Below, in pieces: positions 1-9,323 of a DNA stretch of 64,000 nt (positions within the stretch are counted from its first letter, which is position 1; each line of letters opens with the position of its first letter). The stretch lies in contig PEAD01000016.1 of assembly GCA_002753335.1 (NCBI GenBank), positions 1 to 64,000 on the forward strand, written 5' to 3'. Origin of the DNA: Nitrospirae bacterium MYbin3. Lineage in GTDB: Bacteria > Nitrospirota > Thermodesulfovibrionia > Thermodesulfovibrionales > Dissulfurispiraceae. The notes under the pieces were generated by a model. The model was not told the origin of the DNA. It saw only the letters and a program-made list of their open reading frames with translations, and searched no databases. The translations under genes were made by a program, and so were the position numbers.

Positions 1-171
1 GTTAAAAACAAAAGGTTAAGGGCTGGCTACGATGACAATTACAGATCTGAAATTCTTAACCTTCAGGGAACGACATAGTGCGTTTGCCCTGAGTTTAATT
101 ACATATCCGCTATATGCTATAAGGCAGACGTATTAAACACTATCTTTAACATAAAGAGAGTTTTAAACAAA

Positions 172-203
172 AAAAAAGGTGGGATTTTCATCCCACCTTT
201 TTT
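172..203 (-). terminator. Intrinsic (likely bidirectional) terminator downstream of the cytochrome gene
   Basis: Perfect stem aaaaaaggtgggat-tttc-atcccacctttttt with A/T tracts on both sides, 14 bp past the stop at 218. Confidence 0.9.
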
Positions 204-217
204 AAACCATGTTAGAA

Positions 218-922
218 CTATTTATTGTGGCATACCAAGCAAAGCTTACTTCCGGCAGTTGTAGCTCTAAGGAAGTATGAAGATGCTGAAGTATGCGGAT
301 CATGACAGCTTGTGCATTCAACAGTTGCGCTACCGCTAGTTCCCTGACCCGTGGTATCAGAGGTAACCCTTACTACACCAGTTCCTGCTGTAAGAGTGTT
401 CAAACTGCTCTTAGTAATATCATAAGTCACCGAAATAGGATGGTCATTTGAAAGGTTTGTTCCAAGATTGTATCCACTAGCAGCGTCAAGCTTGTTTCCA
501 GAAAGCCTGCCTGCTACATCAGGCATTGTGAATGTTCCTGCTACACCGGCAGTATTAATTACGGCATTAATAGCATTATTTCCATCATGGCAGGAGAGAC
601 ATGCCCTTGATGCAGGATTAGGGTTACTTACAGTGCTGTTGCCCAATGTCTTATTACCTGAACCATAAAGGGTGTAGCCACCTACTGCGGTAGCATTGTT
701 TCTGTTCCAAAGCGATGGACCTGAAGTTGTATCTGCCCTGTGAGGGGTGTGGCAGAAAATACAAAGCTGGTCTGTAGAGCCCGCGCCGGTTGATTTAATA
801 GTAGAGTTAGCGCCTGCTGCAGAGGACAAATTGTGCTTAGTGAGAGCTATGCCAGCGAATGATACACCGGCTGCCAAGAGTGTTACTGCTACGATTGTTA
901 GTATTACTAATCTTGTTTTCAT
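218..922 (-). CDS. omcE: Secreted tetraheme c-type cytochrome, OmcE-like
   Basis: Signal peptide; four CxxCH motifs (CIFCH, CLSCH, CTSCH, CLVCH) plus four additional His. Motifs TKHNLSS, DQLCIFCHTPH, LWNR, NLGTNLSNDHP and FLR...GSKLCLVCH match my recollection of Geobacter OmcE. Confidence 0.85.
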   Translation of the reverse strand: MKTRLVILTIVAVTLLAAGVSFAGIALTKHNLSSAAGANSTIKSTGAGSTDQLCIFCHTPHRADTTSGPSLWNRNNATAVGGYTLYGSGNKTLGNSTVSNPNPASRACLSCHDGNNAINAVINTAGVAGTFTMPDVAGRLSGNKLDAASGYNLGTNLSNDHPISVTYDITKSSLNTLTAGTGVVRVTSDTTGQGTSGSATVECTSCHDPHTSASSYFLRATTAGSKLCLVCHNK

Positions 923-1056
923 CTTACTTCCCTCCTTTTTTTACTTTTCTATATTTTTTAATCTTATTTAACCTTTTTCCCTCTTTTACTTCCCCTTTAC
1001 CCTTCTCTTTCCTCACCTTCCTTTTAAATTTAGTTTCAAACTGATTGTTTATTAAC

Positions 1057-1073
1057 TTGCAAATATTATGCCA
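1057..1073 (-). promoter_or_regulatory. sigma-54 (-24/-12) promoter of the cytochrome gene
   Basis: Minus strand TGGCATAATATTTGCAA, exact GG-N10-GC spacing. Confidence 0.8.
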
Positions 1074-1292
1074 TCAATAATTTTTCTTGCCTGCTATAAA
1101 AACATATGAATTTATTTTCAGAAAAAACCGTTTTAATCTTTTGTTTTCTGTGGGTTACATATAAAAAACAAAAACTGATCTTCATATTTAATTGGATTTT
1201 AGTCATAACCTAAAAACTCCCACTGCGCAATTTAACACACCCAAAACAGAAAAAATACATTGCAGGCTGTAAACATTTGTCTTTTTCATAAA

Positions 1293-3749
1293 TTATCTAG
1301 ACAACTCCTCTTTAGCCCTTCTCGAATAGTATCCGGACGGCTCAAGCCTTAGATACTCTTCCCAGTTTTTCCGCGCCAACTCCAGATTCCCATATTTTTT
1401 GTAAACAAGAGCGATCCCGTAATATGCGTTTGCAAAGCGTGCATCTACAGCAGCAGCCTTTTTATGGTATTCAAGGGCCTTGTCATAAAAACCTATATCA
1501 AAATAAATATATCCAAGATTGCTGTAAGGCGCAGGGCTGTATGGATTAGCCTTTATAGAATGCTCAAACTCCTGTATAGCTTCTTTATGCCTGCCGTCCA
1601 TTAAAGCCTGTGTGCCTTTCTTAAAATGTTCTTCGGCTTTGCTGTCAACCCTTGCTCCCTTGCATGCTATCAGAGCTTTTTCGGCATCCTGCGACATGCC
1701 GAGCTTTCCGTAAGAAGATACAAGCGCATCACAGGCCTCGATAAAATTAGGCTTTTCATCAAGCGCAATTTTTAGATATTTAATTGCAGGTTCAATCTCT
1801 TTTTTAGCTAAATACAGATTCGCGATATTGTAATAAGTGACAGCATCTTTTACCTTGCCGGCAGACCGCTTGTAATAATCAATCGCGTCATCCCACCTGC
1901 CCAGCTTTCCGTTGGCAAAGGCCAAACCGTTATAAGCCCAAATCATATGACTGAAAGCAGAATGGTCCTTAACCTTTAAAAACGCTTCTATGGCATCATT
2001 GTATCTCCCCGCCTCGTTATACAGAAACCCGAGGAATGCGTATGCCCTTGATGAGCCGTTTTCATTAATGCTTCTCTTTAATTCTTCTTCCGCAGCCTTA
2101 AGAAGATCTGCATCTGCAGCATTCTTCTTCAATGAATATTCCCCATTGGCAGGCTTAATAAGCCAGTATGAGTCCTTCTGTATTATTGAATCATATTTGC
2201 CGCCTTTTTTCAGATAAACTAAAGATATGTCGTCCCAATAAACAAGCGCCCATTTATGACTTGAAAGAGCTATATCCTGTTCGCCATAGATTTCGGGCGT
2301 GCCCTCCTTCGGAAAGGTATATTCCAGAAGCACAGCATCAAACCTGAACTCATCATCCAGTTCATCAAGAGCAATATCGTTCCACCGTGCCTTTCCCATC
2401 TTTTCAAGCAAATTCTGAGATCCCACCCCCCTGCCGTCAACAAAGGCGCGTCTTTTAGGAAAATCCCTCCATGTTATATATCCCCCCCAGTGAAACTGAT
2501 TAAATATCTTCCCCTCTATGCCCCGCCTATCCATATATTTCAGAGCGCCTTCCGGCACAGTGCTATCATTGATGCCAAATCCAAAAACCTTTTCAGAACC
2601 AACAAAAGGTTCTACACCAGCAACCGTAAGAGCAGAGTAAGCAACAACCCACATTATCACAAAAACCTGAAAAGCCTTATGGCGCAAAATTTTTACGGTT
2701 TCAGGATGATCAAGAAAGCACGAGAGATTTCTCACTATTAATGGTCCGGCAACAACCGCAAGGATAAAAACAAATCTAACCGCGGTAAGCGAGAGATAAA
2801 CAAAAGGAACGACAAAAAGTAAATGCATCAGAGAAAAGCGCCTGAAGTTGAGGGCAAAAGAAATGGCTAAAAAAATAGTAAGTATGTAAGGGGCCTTCAT
2901 GAGCTCCCACGTAGGTTTCTTTAACTCAACAATCTCCTGACTCCACCAGTCAGAAGATAACACCGTAGCAGCGCCGGAAGAAACCTGTCCTGATGATGAT
3001 GGAAATATTACGGATAGGACATAACTTATTGCACCCTTAATCTCTCCCCATACAGGATTGGGCGTTATGAATGATGCAGCAACAGACAGCAAAAATATTC
3101 CGGCAACAGTAATGATCTGTCCTTTCGAGGGCGTATCATGAAAAATCGAATATTTCTTATTTGCTAAGCCCTGCATTAAACCACCAAAAATAAAAGCAGC
3201 AAAAGGAACAAACATAAGTATAACGCTGGGGTGTGAATTTGCCCATAAAATAGCCACCACCGGCATTGCATATAAATATTTTTTGCCTTCATATAAATAC
3301 GAGTTCAGCGCAAAAGCAGTAAAAGACAAAAATACCATGAGAAAAGTATCCGGACGCTCAACAAATCTGTGCCTTGATACCAATACAATAGAAGTAAGAA
3401 TGACAACTGCTGCCGCATAATTTCTATGTGGCCTTAGAGCGTCAGCAAAAAGAATTGCAAAGGCAAGGGTTACGATCGCAGCTTTAAGCAATATAACCCC
3501 GTATAGATTGAACGCATTATAAGCAAGATAATAAATCAGTTCGAACAACCAAGCATTCGTAGCAAGCGGTTGACCGTGATATGTGTATAGGAAAAACTCT
3601 TTATCCGGTATGCCTTTGCTCTCCCATATCAACTTGCCAATAGAAAGATGCGTCCAGGCATCTGTGTCTTCAACTTTATTGAGGGCAAGAAAAAAAACAG
3701 AAAGCAGAAATAACGCGGTCAGGATATGATTAAAGTTTATTTTTTTCAC
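1293..3749 (-). CDS. Polytopic membrane protein with C-terminal TPR repeats; putative GT-C-fold glycosyltransferase
   Basis: Many TM segments, D-x-W-x-H-L motif after TM1 (DAWTHL), LWANSH motif, C-terminal TPR repeats (AYAFLG, PYSNLG, AYYGIA). Confidence 0.7.
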   Translation of the reverse strand: MKKINFNHILTALFLLSVFFLALNKVEDTDAWTHLSIGKLIWESKGIPDKEFFLYTYHGQPLATNAWLFELIYYLAYNAFNLYGVILLKAAIVTLAFAILFADALRPHRNYAAAVVILTSIVLVSRHRFVERPDTFLMVFLSFTAFALNSYLYEGKKYLYAMPVVAILWANSHPSVILMFVPFAAFIFGGLMQGLANKKYSIFHDTPSKGQIITVAGIFLLSVAASFITPNPVWGEIKGAISYVLSVIFPSSSGQVSSGAATVLSSDWWSQEIVELKKPTWELMKAPYILTIFLAISFALNFRRFSLMHLLFVVPFVYLSLTAVRFVFILAVVAGPLIVRNLSCFLDHPETVKILRHKAFQVFVIMWVVAYSALTVAGVEPFVGSEKVFGFGINDSTVPEGALKYMDRRGIEGKIFNQFHWGGYITWRDFPKRRAFVDGRGVGSQNLLEKMGKARWNDIALDELDDEFRFDAVLLEYTFPKEGTPEIYGEQDIALSSHKWALVYWDDISLVYLKKGGKYDSIIQKDSYWLIKPANGEYSLKKNAADADLLKAAEEELKRSINENGSSRAYAFLGFLYNEAGRYNDAIEAFLKVKDHSAFSHMIWAYNGLAFANGKLGRWDDAIDYYKRSAGKVKDAVTYYNIANLYLAKKEIEPAIKYLKIALDEKPNFIEACDALVSSYGKLGMSQDAEKALIACKGARVDSKAEEHFKKGTQALMDGRHKEAIQEFEHSIKANPYSPAPYSNLGYIYFDIGFYDKALEYHKKAAAVDARFANAYYGIALVYKKYGNLELARKNWEEYLRLEPSGYYSRRAKEELSR

Positions 3750-4327
3750 CGCTGCCCTATCCTGCTCTCGGTCCCCTGAATAAGCCTTTTTATGTTGGAG
3801 GAATGTCTGATAAAAAGCATACCAGCCAGTGCTATGGCAATATAAAACTTTTCTGGCGACATATCAAGCATATAAATACTTATCGGCAAGAAACCGAACG
3901 CAATAAGCGCGCTGAGAGAAGAATACTTCGTAAACTTTGCCGAAAGCAGCCAAAGCGTGGCAGTAAAGAGTCCTACATGTGGTGAATAAGCGAGCATAAC
4001 TCCGAGGCTTGTGGCAACACCCTTGCCTCCCTTGAACTTAAGAAAGATCGAAAAGTTGTGGCCCAAGACAGCACAGAGTCCTGCTATCCCCTGTCCGAGG
4101 ACATCCAAAGAAAATGACATCGCAAAAACCACAGCCACTGCGCCTTTTCCGATGTCGCCCAAAAGCGTGAACAAGGCCTCTTTCTTGCCAACAGCTCGCA
4201 TAACATTAGTAGCCCCGATATTTCCGCTGCCCACATTTCTAAGGTCTATACCCTTTGTTCTGGCAATAAGAAGTCCTGTCGGAATGGAGCCTACAGAAAA
4301 AGCGACTAAACAAACCGCAAATATCAC
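3746..4327 (-). CDS. plsY: Glycerol-3-phosphate acyltransferase PlsY
   Basis: GSIPTG, GSGNIGATNVMR, GHNFSIFLKFKGGKGVAT, RHSSNIKRL motifs. Confidence 0.97.
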   Translation of the reverse strand: MIFAVCLVAFSVGSIPTGLLIARTKGIDLRNVGSGNIGATNVMRAVGKKEALFTLLGDIGKGAVAVVFAMSFSLDVLGQGIAGLCAVLGHNFSIFLKFKGGKGVATSLGVMLAYSPHVGLFTATLWLLSAKFTKYSSLSALIAFGFLPISIYMLDMSPEKFYIAIALAGMLFIRHSSNIKRLIQGTESRIGQR

Positions 4328-4860
4328 TGAATCCTCTTCCAGAAAGACACCGTGTACTTGACTCCTGACACAATCGCCAAAACCATCGCGATGTACATAA
4401 GAACGAGCCCCATGTCATAAAAGTCAATATCAACAACGCTTCCGGGCAATAGCAAAAGTATTATGGCTATCATCTGAGCCGCAGTCTTCAGTTTTCCTCC
4501 GGTCTCTGCAGGTATAACAATGTCTTTTGAAAGAGCGACTGCGCGAAGCCCTGTGACAAGAAATTCCCTAACTGTAATTATTACCGCAATGAATACATCC
4601 AGTCTCGACATATCTACCAGAAGAAACAAAGCCGAAATGACCAGAAACTTATCGGCTATAGGATCAAGTATCATCCCGAACTTGGTTATCTGTCCTGAAC
4701 GCCTCGCAAGATATCCATCAAGAAAATCGGTTGCGGATGCTATCAGGAAAATCGCGATGCCCACAAGCGGGCTAATAGGCGTGACAAAAAGAAAAAACGG
4801 AATTAAGATAATCCTGCTGAAAGTAAGAATCGTCGGCAGATTAAACTTTACTGTACTCAT
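4324..4860 (-). CDS. pgsA: CDP-diacylglycerol--glycerol-3-phosphate 3-phosphatidyltransferase
   Basis: NLPTILTFSRI and TDFLDGYLAR...FGMILDPIADK CDP-alcohol phosphotransferase motif; start moved to ATG at 4860. Confidence 0.95.
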   Translation of the reverse strand: MSTVKFNLPTILTFSRIILIPFFLFVTPISPLVGIAIFLIASATDFLDGYLARRSGQITKFGMILDPIADKFLVISALFLLVDMSRLDVFIAVIITVREFLVTGLRAVALSKDIVIPAETGGKLKTAAQMIAIILLLLPGSVVDIDFYDMGLVLMYIAMVLAIVSGVKYTVSFWKRIQ

Positions 4861-5389
4861 CAATAATATCTTTCCAGAGGCCTTTTGCCTTGAGGATAAG
4901 CTCGCAGACTTCGCGCACCGCGCCTTTGCCGCCGGCATTCTTGGTCACAAAAGCTGCTGCAGACTTAGCCTCATCAACAGCATCCGAAACAGCTATAGAC
5001 AATGCAACACGCCTGAAAATAGGGATGTCAACGATATCATCACCTACGCATGCAACTTCCTTCACAGAGAAACCTGTCTTAAAAATAATGTCTTCAAGCG
5101 CAACCGCCTTTTTATGACACTTCTGATAGACTTCAGTTATCCCCAATTCCTTTGCTCGTCTTTCAACAACCTTAGAACTTCTGCCGGTTATAATGGCCAC
5201 CTGCACTCCATGCCTTTGGAGCATCTTTATCCCATGTCCGTCACGCACATTAAAGCACTTGTACTCTATGCCATCGTTGTCGAGAATAATCCGTCCGTCC
5301 GTAAGCACCCCGTCCACATCAAGTATAAGAAGCTTAATGTTTTTGGCGAGAGCCTCTATCTGTTTTTTAGTTTTTTTCAAACCTGTCAC
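4841..5389 (-). CDS. kdsC: KDO 8-phosphate phosphatase
   Basis: LDVDGVLTDG, FNVRDGHGI, GDDIVD, GGKGAVREVCE; kds operon context. Confidence 0.95.
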   Translation of the reverse strand: MTGLKKTKKQIEALAKNIKLLILDVDGVLTDGRIILDNDGIEYKCFNVRDGHGIKMLQRHGVQVAIITGRSSKVVERRAKELGITEVYQKCHKKAVALEDIIFKTGFSVKEVACVGDDIVDIPIFRRVALSIAVSDAVDEAKSAAAFVTKNAGGKGAVREVCELILKAKGLWKDIIDEYSKV

Positions 5390-6351
5390 ACTATCCCCTT
5401 CTTTAAGATATCATGCAGATGGATGATGCCTTTTGCGCGGCCCTCTGCATCAGGCACAACGATAGAAGTAATAGAATGTTTCTCCATTATGCTGAGCGCC
5501 TTTGCCGCCAGCTCATCTTCCTTTATCATCTTGGGGTTGCGCGTCATAGCCTCGCCCGCCTTCATATCGAAGAAGTCCCTGCCCCATTTTTCTATGCCTC
5601 GCCTTAAGTCTCCGTCAGTAAGAATCCCTAAGACTTTCTTAGTCTCATCCGCCACTACCGCAATCCCCAAACGCTTGGAAGAAATCTCGATCACAGCTTC
5701 AACCATAGCCGTATCCGGACTAACCAACGGAAGTGAAGCGCCGTAATGCATAAGGTCAGACACCTTAAGAAAAAGCTTTTTACCCAAGCTACCGCCCGGA
5801 TGAAAAAGCGCAAAGTCCTCCTCTTTAAATCCTCTCTTGCTGAGCAGCGCAACCGCAATCGCATCACCCATAGCCATAGTCGCGGTCGTGGATGCGGTTG
5901 GAACTATGCCTAGCGGGCAGGCTTCCTCCTTAACACCAACATCGAGATGCACTTCCGAGGCTTTAGCCAAAGACGAACCTGCATTGCCTGTCATGGAGAT
6001 AAGTGTTACATCAAAACGCTCCAGAAAAGGAATAAGGCCGATAATCTCCTCAGTCTCTCCGCTGTTCGATATTGCTAAAATCACATCATCAGCAGTTACC
6101 ATGCCCAAGTCTCCGTGGCTGGCTTCTGCCGGATGCATAAAAAAAGCGGGGGTGCCTGTTGATGCAAGAGTCGCAGATATCTTCTTTCCTACAAGGCCGG
6201 ACTTGCCCATACCCGTAACTATCACTCTTCCCTTTGAGCTAAAAATCAGATCTATAGTTCTTTCAAAACTATTGTCAAGCCTCGACAATAGCGCATCTAC
6301 AGCATCAGCCTCTGTCTTTAATACCTTTCTGGCTATATCAAGAATGCTCAT
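5386..6351 (-). CDS. kdsD: Arabinose-5-phosphate isomerase (SIS + 2 CBS)
   Basis: GMGKSG, HPAEASHGDLG, PTASTTA, HPGGSLG; start moved to ATG at 6351. Confidence 0.95.
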   Translation of the reverse strand: MSILDIARKVLKTEADAVDALLSRLDNSFERTIDLIFSSKGRVIVTGMGKSGLVGKKISATLASTGTPAFFMHPAEASHGDLGMVTADDVILAISNSGETEEIIGLIPFLERFDVTLISMTGNAGSSLAKASEVHLDVGVKEEACPLGIVPTASTTATMAMGDAIAVALLSKRGFKEEDFALFHPGGSLGKKLFLKVSDLMHYGASLPLVSPDTAMVEAVIEISSKRLGIAVVADETKKVLGILTDGDLRRGIEKWGRDFFDMKAGEAMTRNPKMIKEDELAAKALSIMEKHSITSIVVPDAEGRAKGIIHLHDILKKGIV

Positions 6352-6352
6352 A

Positions 6353-6754
6353 TTATTCAAACTGGCATCTGAGCCAGCCGGGGGGCACGCCTTTTCTATG
6401 TGCTTTCTCTTCAAGGTCGTCCAGTTTTATCTGCGCCTGTTTTTGCTTTTTCCTGATGACAGCAACTTCTGTTTTTTCCTTTTTCATCTTATTTGCAATA
6501 TTCTTTCTCGCAGCTCCGGTCTCTTTTGCAGCAGATTCGTGAAGTTCAGCAATATGCTTCTCTTTCTTTTCGATATCTGCTTTAGCTGAATCCAGCTGCT
6601 TTCTCAATCCGCCGCCTTTTTTGCACCAGTATTCTTTATCGTTCTTGCCTGCATCTTCATTCTTTTTGGTTTTTGTCTCTCCAATACCTTGAGCAAAAAT
6701 CAAAGCGCATACAATAACCGCAAAAACAAATAATATTTTACGCACCCTGATCAC
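6353..6754 (-). CDS. Exported basic coiled-coil hypothetical protein
   Basis: Signal peptide, Lys-rich helix, EYWC...GVPPGWLRC; tightly packed between kdsA and kdsD. Confidence 0.75.
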   Translation of the reverse strand: MIRVRKILFVFAVIVCALIFAQGIGETKTKKNEDAGKNDKEYWCKKGGGLRKQLDSAKADIEKKEKHIAELHESAAKETGAARKNIANKMKKEKTEVAVIRKKQKQAQIKLDDLEEKAHRKGVPPGWLRCQFE

Positions 6755-6755
6755 C

Positions 6756-7607
6756 TCACTTTAAAATATCATCCACAATTTCTGATGCATTGAGCATCTT
6801 TTTAAGATTGTCGAACGACTTTAATGACATCAGCATTCTTTCGACCTCATCAAGCTTTATCATATTGGGGCCGTCACAGAGAGCCTTTTCAGGATCGGGA
6901 TGAACCTCCATGAATACACCGTCAACACCTACAGCCACCGCCGCACGCGCCAAAGGCTCGGCAAACTCGCGCTGTCCTCCGGAGCAGGAACCCTGCCCGC
7001 CCGGAAGCTGCAGGCTGTGCGTCACATCGAATATAACAGGAAAACCGAAAGACCTCATAACAGCAATTCCTCTGAAATCCACAACAAGATTATTGTATCC
7101 AAACGATGTTCCGCGTTCGGTAAGCATCAGGTTTTTATTGCCTGTAGAAGTGAACTTATCTATTATATTTCTCGCGTCCCACGGCGAAAGAAACTGGCCC
7201 TTCTTCACATTCACAGCCTTGCCGGTCTTGGACGCAGCAACTATCAAATCTGTTTGCCTGCAAAGAAAAGCCGGAATCTGAATCACATCCAGAACTTCTG
7301 AGGCAGGCTTCAAATCTTCTATATTATGAATGTCAGAAAGCACAGGCACACCAAGCTTCGACTTAATATCGGCCAGTATCCGCAAACCACGCTCAATACC
7401 CGGCCCCCTGAAAGCGGCAACCGATGTCCTGTTCGCCTTGTCGTAAGAGCATTTAAATACCAACGGTAGCCCTAAAGATAAGCATATCTCCTTGAGCTTT
7501 AACGCTGTATGAAATGTGATATCTTCGTCCTCTATCACGCATGGGCCTGCGATGACCAAAAGAGGCTCGTAATCCTGTGGGGTTAAATTTTCTATCTTGA
7601 TTCTCAT
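6756..7607 (-). CDS. kdsA: KDO 8-phosphate synthase
   Basis: IAGPCVIE, DKANRTS, QIPAFLCRQTDL, ERGTSFGYNNLVVD. Confidence 0.97.
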   Translation of the reverse strand: MRIKIENLTPQDYEPLLVIAGPCVIEDEDITFHTALKLKEICLSLGLPLVFKCSYDKANRTSVAAFRGPGIERGLRILADIKSKLGVPVLSDIHNIEDLKPASEVLDVIQIPAFLCRQTDLIVAASKTGKAVNVKKGQFLSPWDARNIIDKFTSTGNKNLMLTERGTSFGYNNLVVDFRGIAVMRSFGFPVIFDVTHSLQLPGGQGSCSGGQREFAEPLARAAVAVGVDGVFMEVHPDPEKALCDGPNMIKLDEVERMLMSLKSFDNLKKMLNASEIVDDILK

Positions 7608-7637
7608 TTTGGAATTTTAATTTTAAACCATAAAGAA

Positions 7638-8006
7638 CTATTTATCCAACGCCGAATTTATCTTGTCCGCCAAATCATCCGGGGTAAACGGCTTTTCAAG
7701 GCAGTCGGCTCCGCACATAGCTTCGGGGGGAATCGGATTTTCGGATGTGTCATAGCCGGTCATCATAAGAACATTCTGATTAGGACTCAGCCTTTTTATT
7801 TCTTTAAGAAGCTGAAGCCCGTCTATACCCGGCATTTTTATATCTATCAGCAAAAGATCGTAAGACTCTCTGCCGAAAAGCTCGAGAGCCTCGGTGCCGG
7901 AAGAAGCCAAATCTACTTTGTATCCCTCGGGCTCCAATGTTCTCTTGCAGCTTATCCTCACTATGTCTTCATCATCAACTACGAGTATGCGTGTTCCTGA
8001 CATCAA
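7638..8006 (-). CDS. Single-domain response regulator
   Basis: ILVVDD, DIKMPG phospho-Asp, EKPF. Confidence 0.9.
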   Translation of the reverse strand: MMSGTRILVVDDEDIVRISCKRTLEPEGYKVDLASSGTEALELFGRESYDLLLIDIKMPGIDGLQLLKEIKRLSPNQNVLMMTGYDTSENPIPPEAMCGADCLEKPFTPDDLADKINSALDK

Positions 8007-8545
8007 TAAACCTCCTGCATCGCTTCATTAACATTCTCTCTTATGTACTTGAGCACAGCCGGTTCGTTAAGCGGCACGCCCTCAAGCTCCTTCCTTAACT
8101 CTCTAGTGGACAAGACAGAATCAGCAACACCATTTTTCTCGAATCTAAGCTCAAAGTCTATTTCAGGATGGCCTCCAATAAGTGTCATCATCGTTGAGCC
8201 CATGTCGCCCAAGGGCTTGCGGTCTATATGGCTTTTCCTGAATCTGGCGTTTATCGTAGTGCCCTTGCCTGCCGCTGATTCTATATGCAAACCGCCGCCC
8301 GATTCCCTGCACGACTGCTCAAGCAGAGGTATGCCAAGCCCGAATCTCCTGACCGTCTTAGTTGTGAAAAATGGGTCCAGAACTCTTTTAACCATTTCTT
8401 CATCCATGCCTTTTCCATCATCCTCTATCTGCACCGAAAAGCTGTCCTCTTTTTCATTCTCCGAAAGTGTGATAACTATCAAGCCTGCGCCTGCATCTAT
8501 CGAGTTCTCGGCAACATCTAAAACATGCAGCGACAAATCCTCCAC
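8003..8545 (-). CDS. Stand-alone HATPase (histidine-kinase-like ATPase) of DRTGG/PHP modules
   Basis: MEDLSLHVLDVAENSIDAGA, DDGKGM, DPFFTT, GLGIPL, HIDRKPLGD; no HisKA domain. Confidence 0.85.
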   Translation of the reverse strand: MEDLSLHVLDVAENSIDAGAGLIVITLSENEKEDSFSVQIEDDGKGMDEEMVKRVLDPFFTTKTVRRFGLGIPLLEQSCRESGGGLHIESAAGKGTTINARFRKSHIDRKPLGDMGSTMMTLIGGHPEIDFELRFEKNGVADSVLSTRELRKELEGVPLNEPAVLKYIRENVNEAMQEVY

Positions 8546-9283
8546 CTAAAAGTCCCAGACCATGCTTCGCTCGCCTTTAAACGCCTTAACAAACTCCTCA
8601 AACGAAGGCGTCTCAAGGGAAAATGATGTATATCTTCTGCCGATATTGTCAAGGCTATGCGAATCCGAAGAGGTTATCCACGGAAAAGATGCATAGTCTC
8701 CGAACACAGCCTCCGCCTTTTTGCGGGAAGTAGCCGCAGATATTTCGAGTCCGTCAAAAACCACGTCCGGCGGAATAAATCCAAGCTGAGAAACCACGCT
8801 AAAATATTCCCTGTCAATATGGCTTGCTACAGCAATTCCTCCGAACGAATGTATCTTATCAACAAGCTCTTTTACCGGCAGTCCTGTTGCGCCGAAAAAC
8901 ATCCGCTTGCAAAACTCAAGAATCTCATCATTCTCGTTCACTATAAGCTGATAACCGAGACGCTCCTCATCATGATACCCTTCCGGCAATGTTCTGTAAA
9001 TAACCTCCTGCATCGCTAACGCGTCCGGAACTTCTCCGAATATCGCCAGCACATGAGCTTCCTCGCTTGTAGTTATTTCCATGGCAGGCAGTACCGTCAG
9101 CCCTTTTTCGATCCCGATCCTTACAGCAACCTGAGTATTTTCGGCAGAATTGTGGTCAGATATCGCGATTATATCAAGCCCCTTATTAAGCGCCGCATCA
9201 ACTATTCTCTTGGGCGTAATATCGATCTCGGCGCAAGGCGAAAGACAGGTGTGAATATGAAGATCAGCTCTGTACGCTCTCAT
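8546..9283 (-). CDS. PHP-domain metal-dependent phosphoesterase
   Basis: DLHIHTCLSPC, ISDHNS, SHIDR, SSDSH. Confidence 0.9.
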   Translation of the reverse strand: MRAYRADLHIHTCLSPCAEIDITPKRIVDAALNKGLDIIAISDHNSAENTQVAVRIGIEKGLTVLPAMEITTSEEAHVLAIFGEVPDALAMQEVIYRTLPEGYHDEERLGYQLIVNENDEILEFCKRMFFGATGLPVKELVDKIHSFGGIAVASHIDREYFSVVSQLGFIPPDVVFDGLEISAATSRKKAEAVFGDYASFPWITSSDSHSLDNIGRRYTSFSLETPSFEEFVKAFKGERSMVWDF

Positions 9284-9323
9284 CTAAGGCATGCCTCCCT
9301 GCTTAAAACAGGTGGAGATCCTT

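Noticed and set aside
10..95. Minus-strand GGGCAAAC with hairpins, resembling a c-di-GMP-I riboswitch
   Set aside because: Lacks the GNRA loop and the GACGCAAAG core; context is truncated at the window edge
859..1044. Hydrophobic Phe/Leu-rich 61-aa ORF
   Set aside because: Artefact of the polypyrimidine strand of the cytochrome leader
4520..6589. Long plus-strand ORFs (408 aa and 250 aa)
   Set aside because: Antisense shadows of pgsA, kdsC and kdsD with no protein-like motifs; the same applies to the many other antisense ORFs in the track
8543..8548. In-frame TAG directly followed by GTG between the PHP and HATPase genes (possible amber readthrough or pyrrolysine fusion)
   Set aside because: Both proteins look complete and are normally separate; no pyl genes in the window; translational coupling is the simpler explanation
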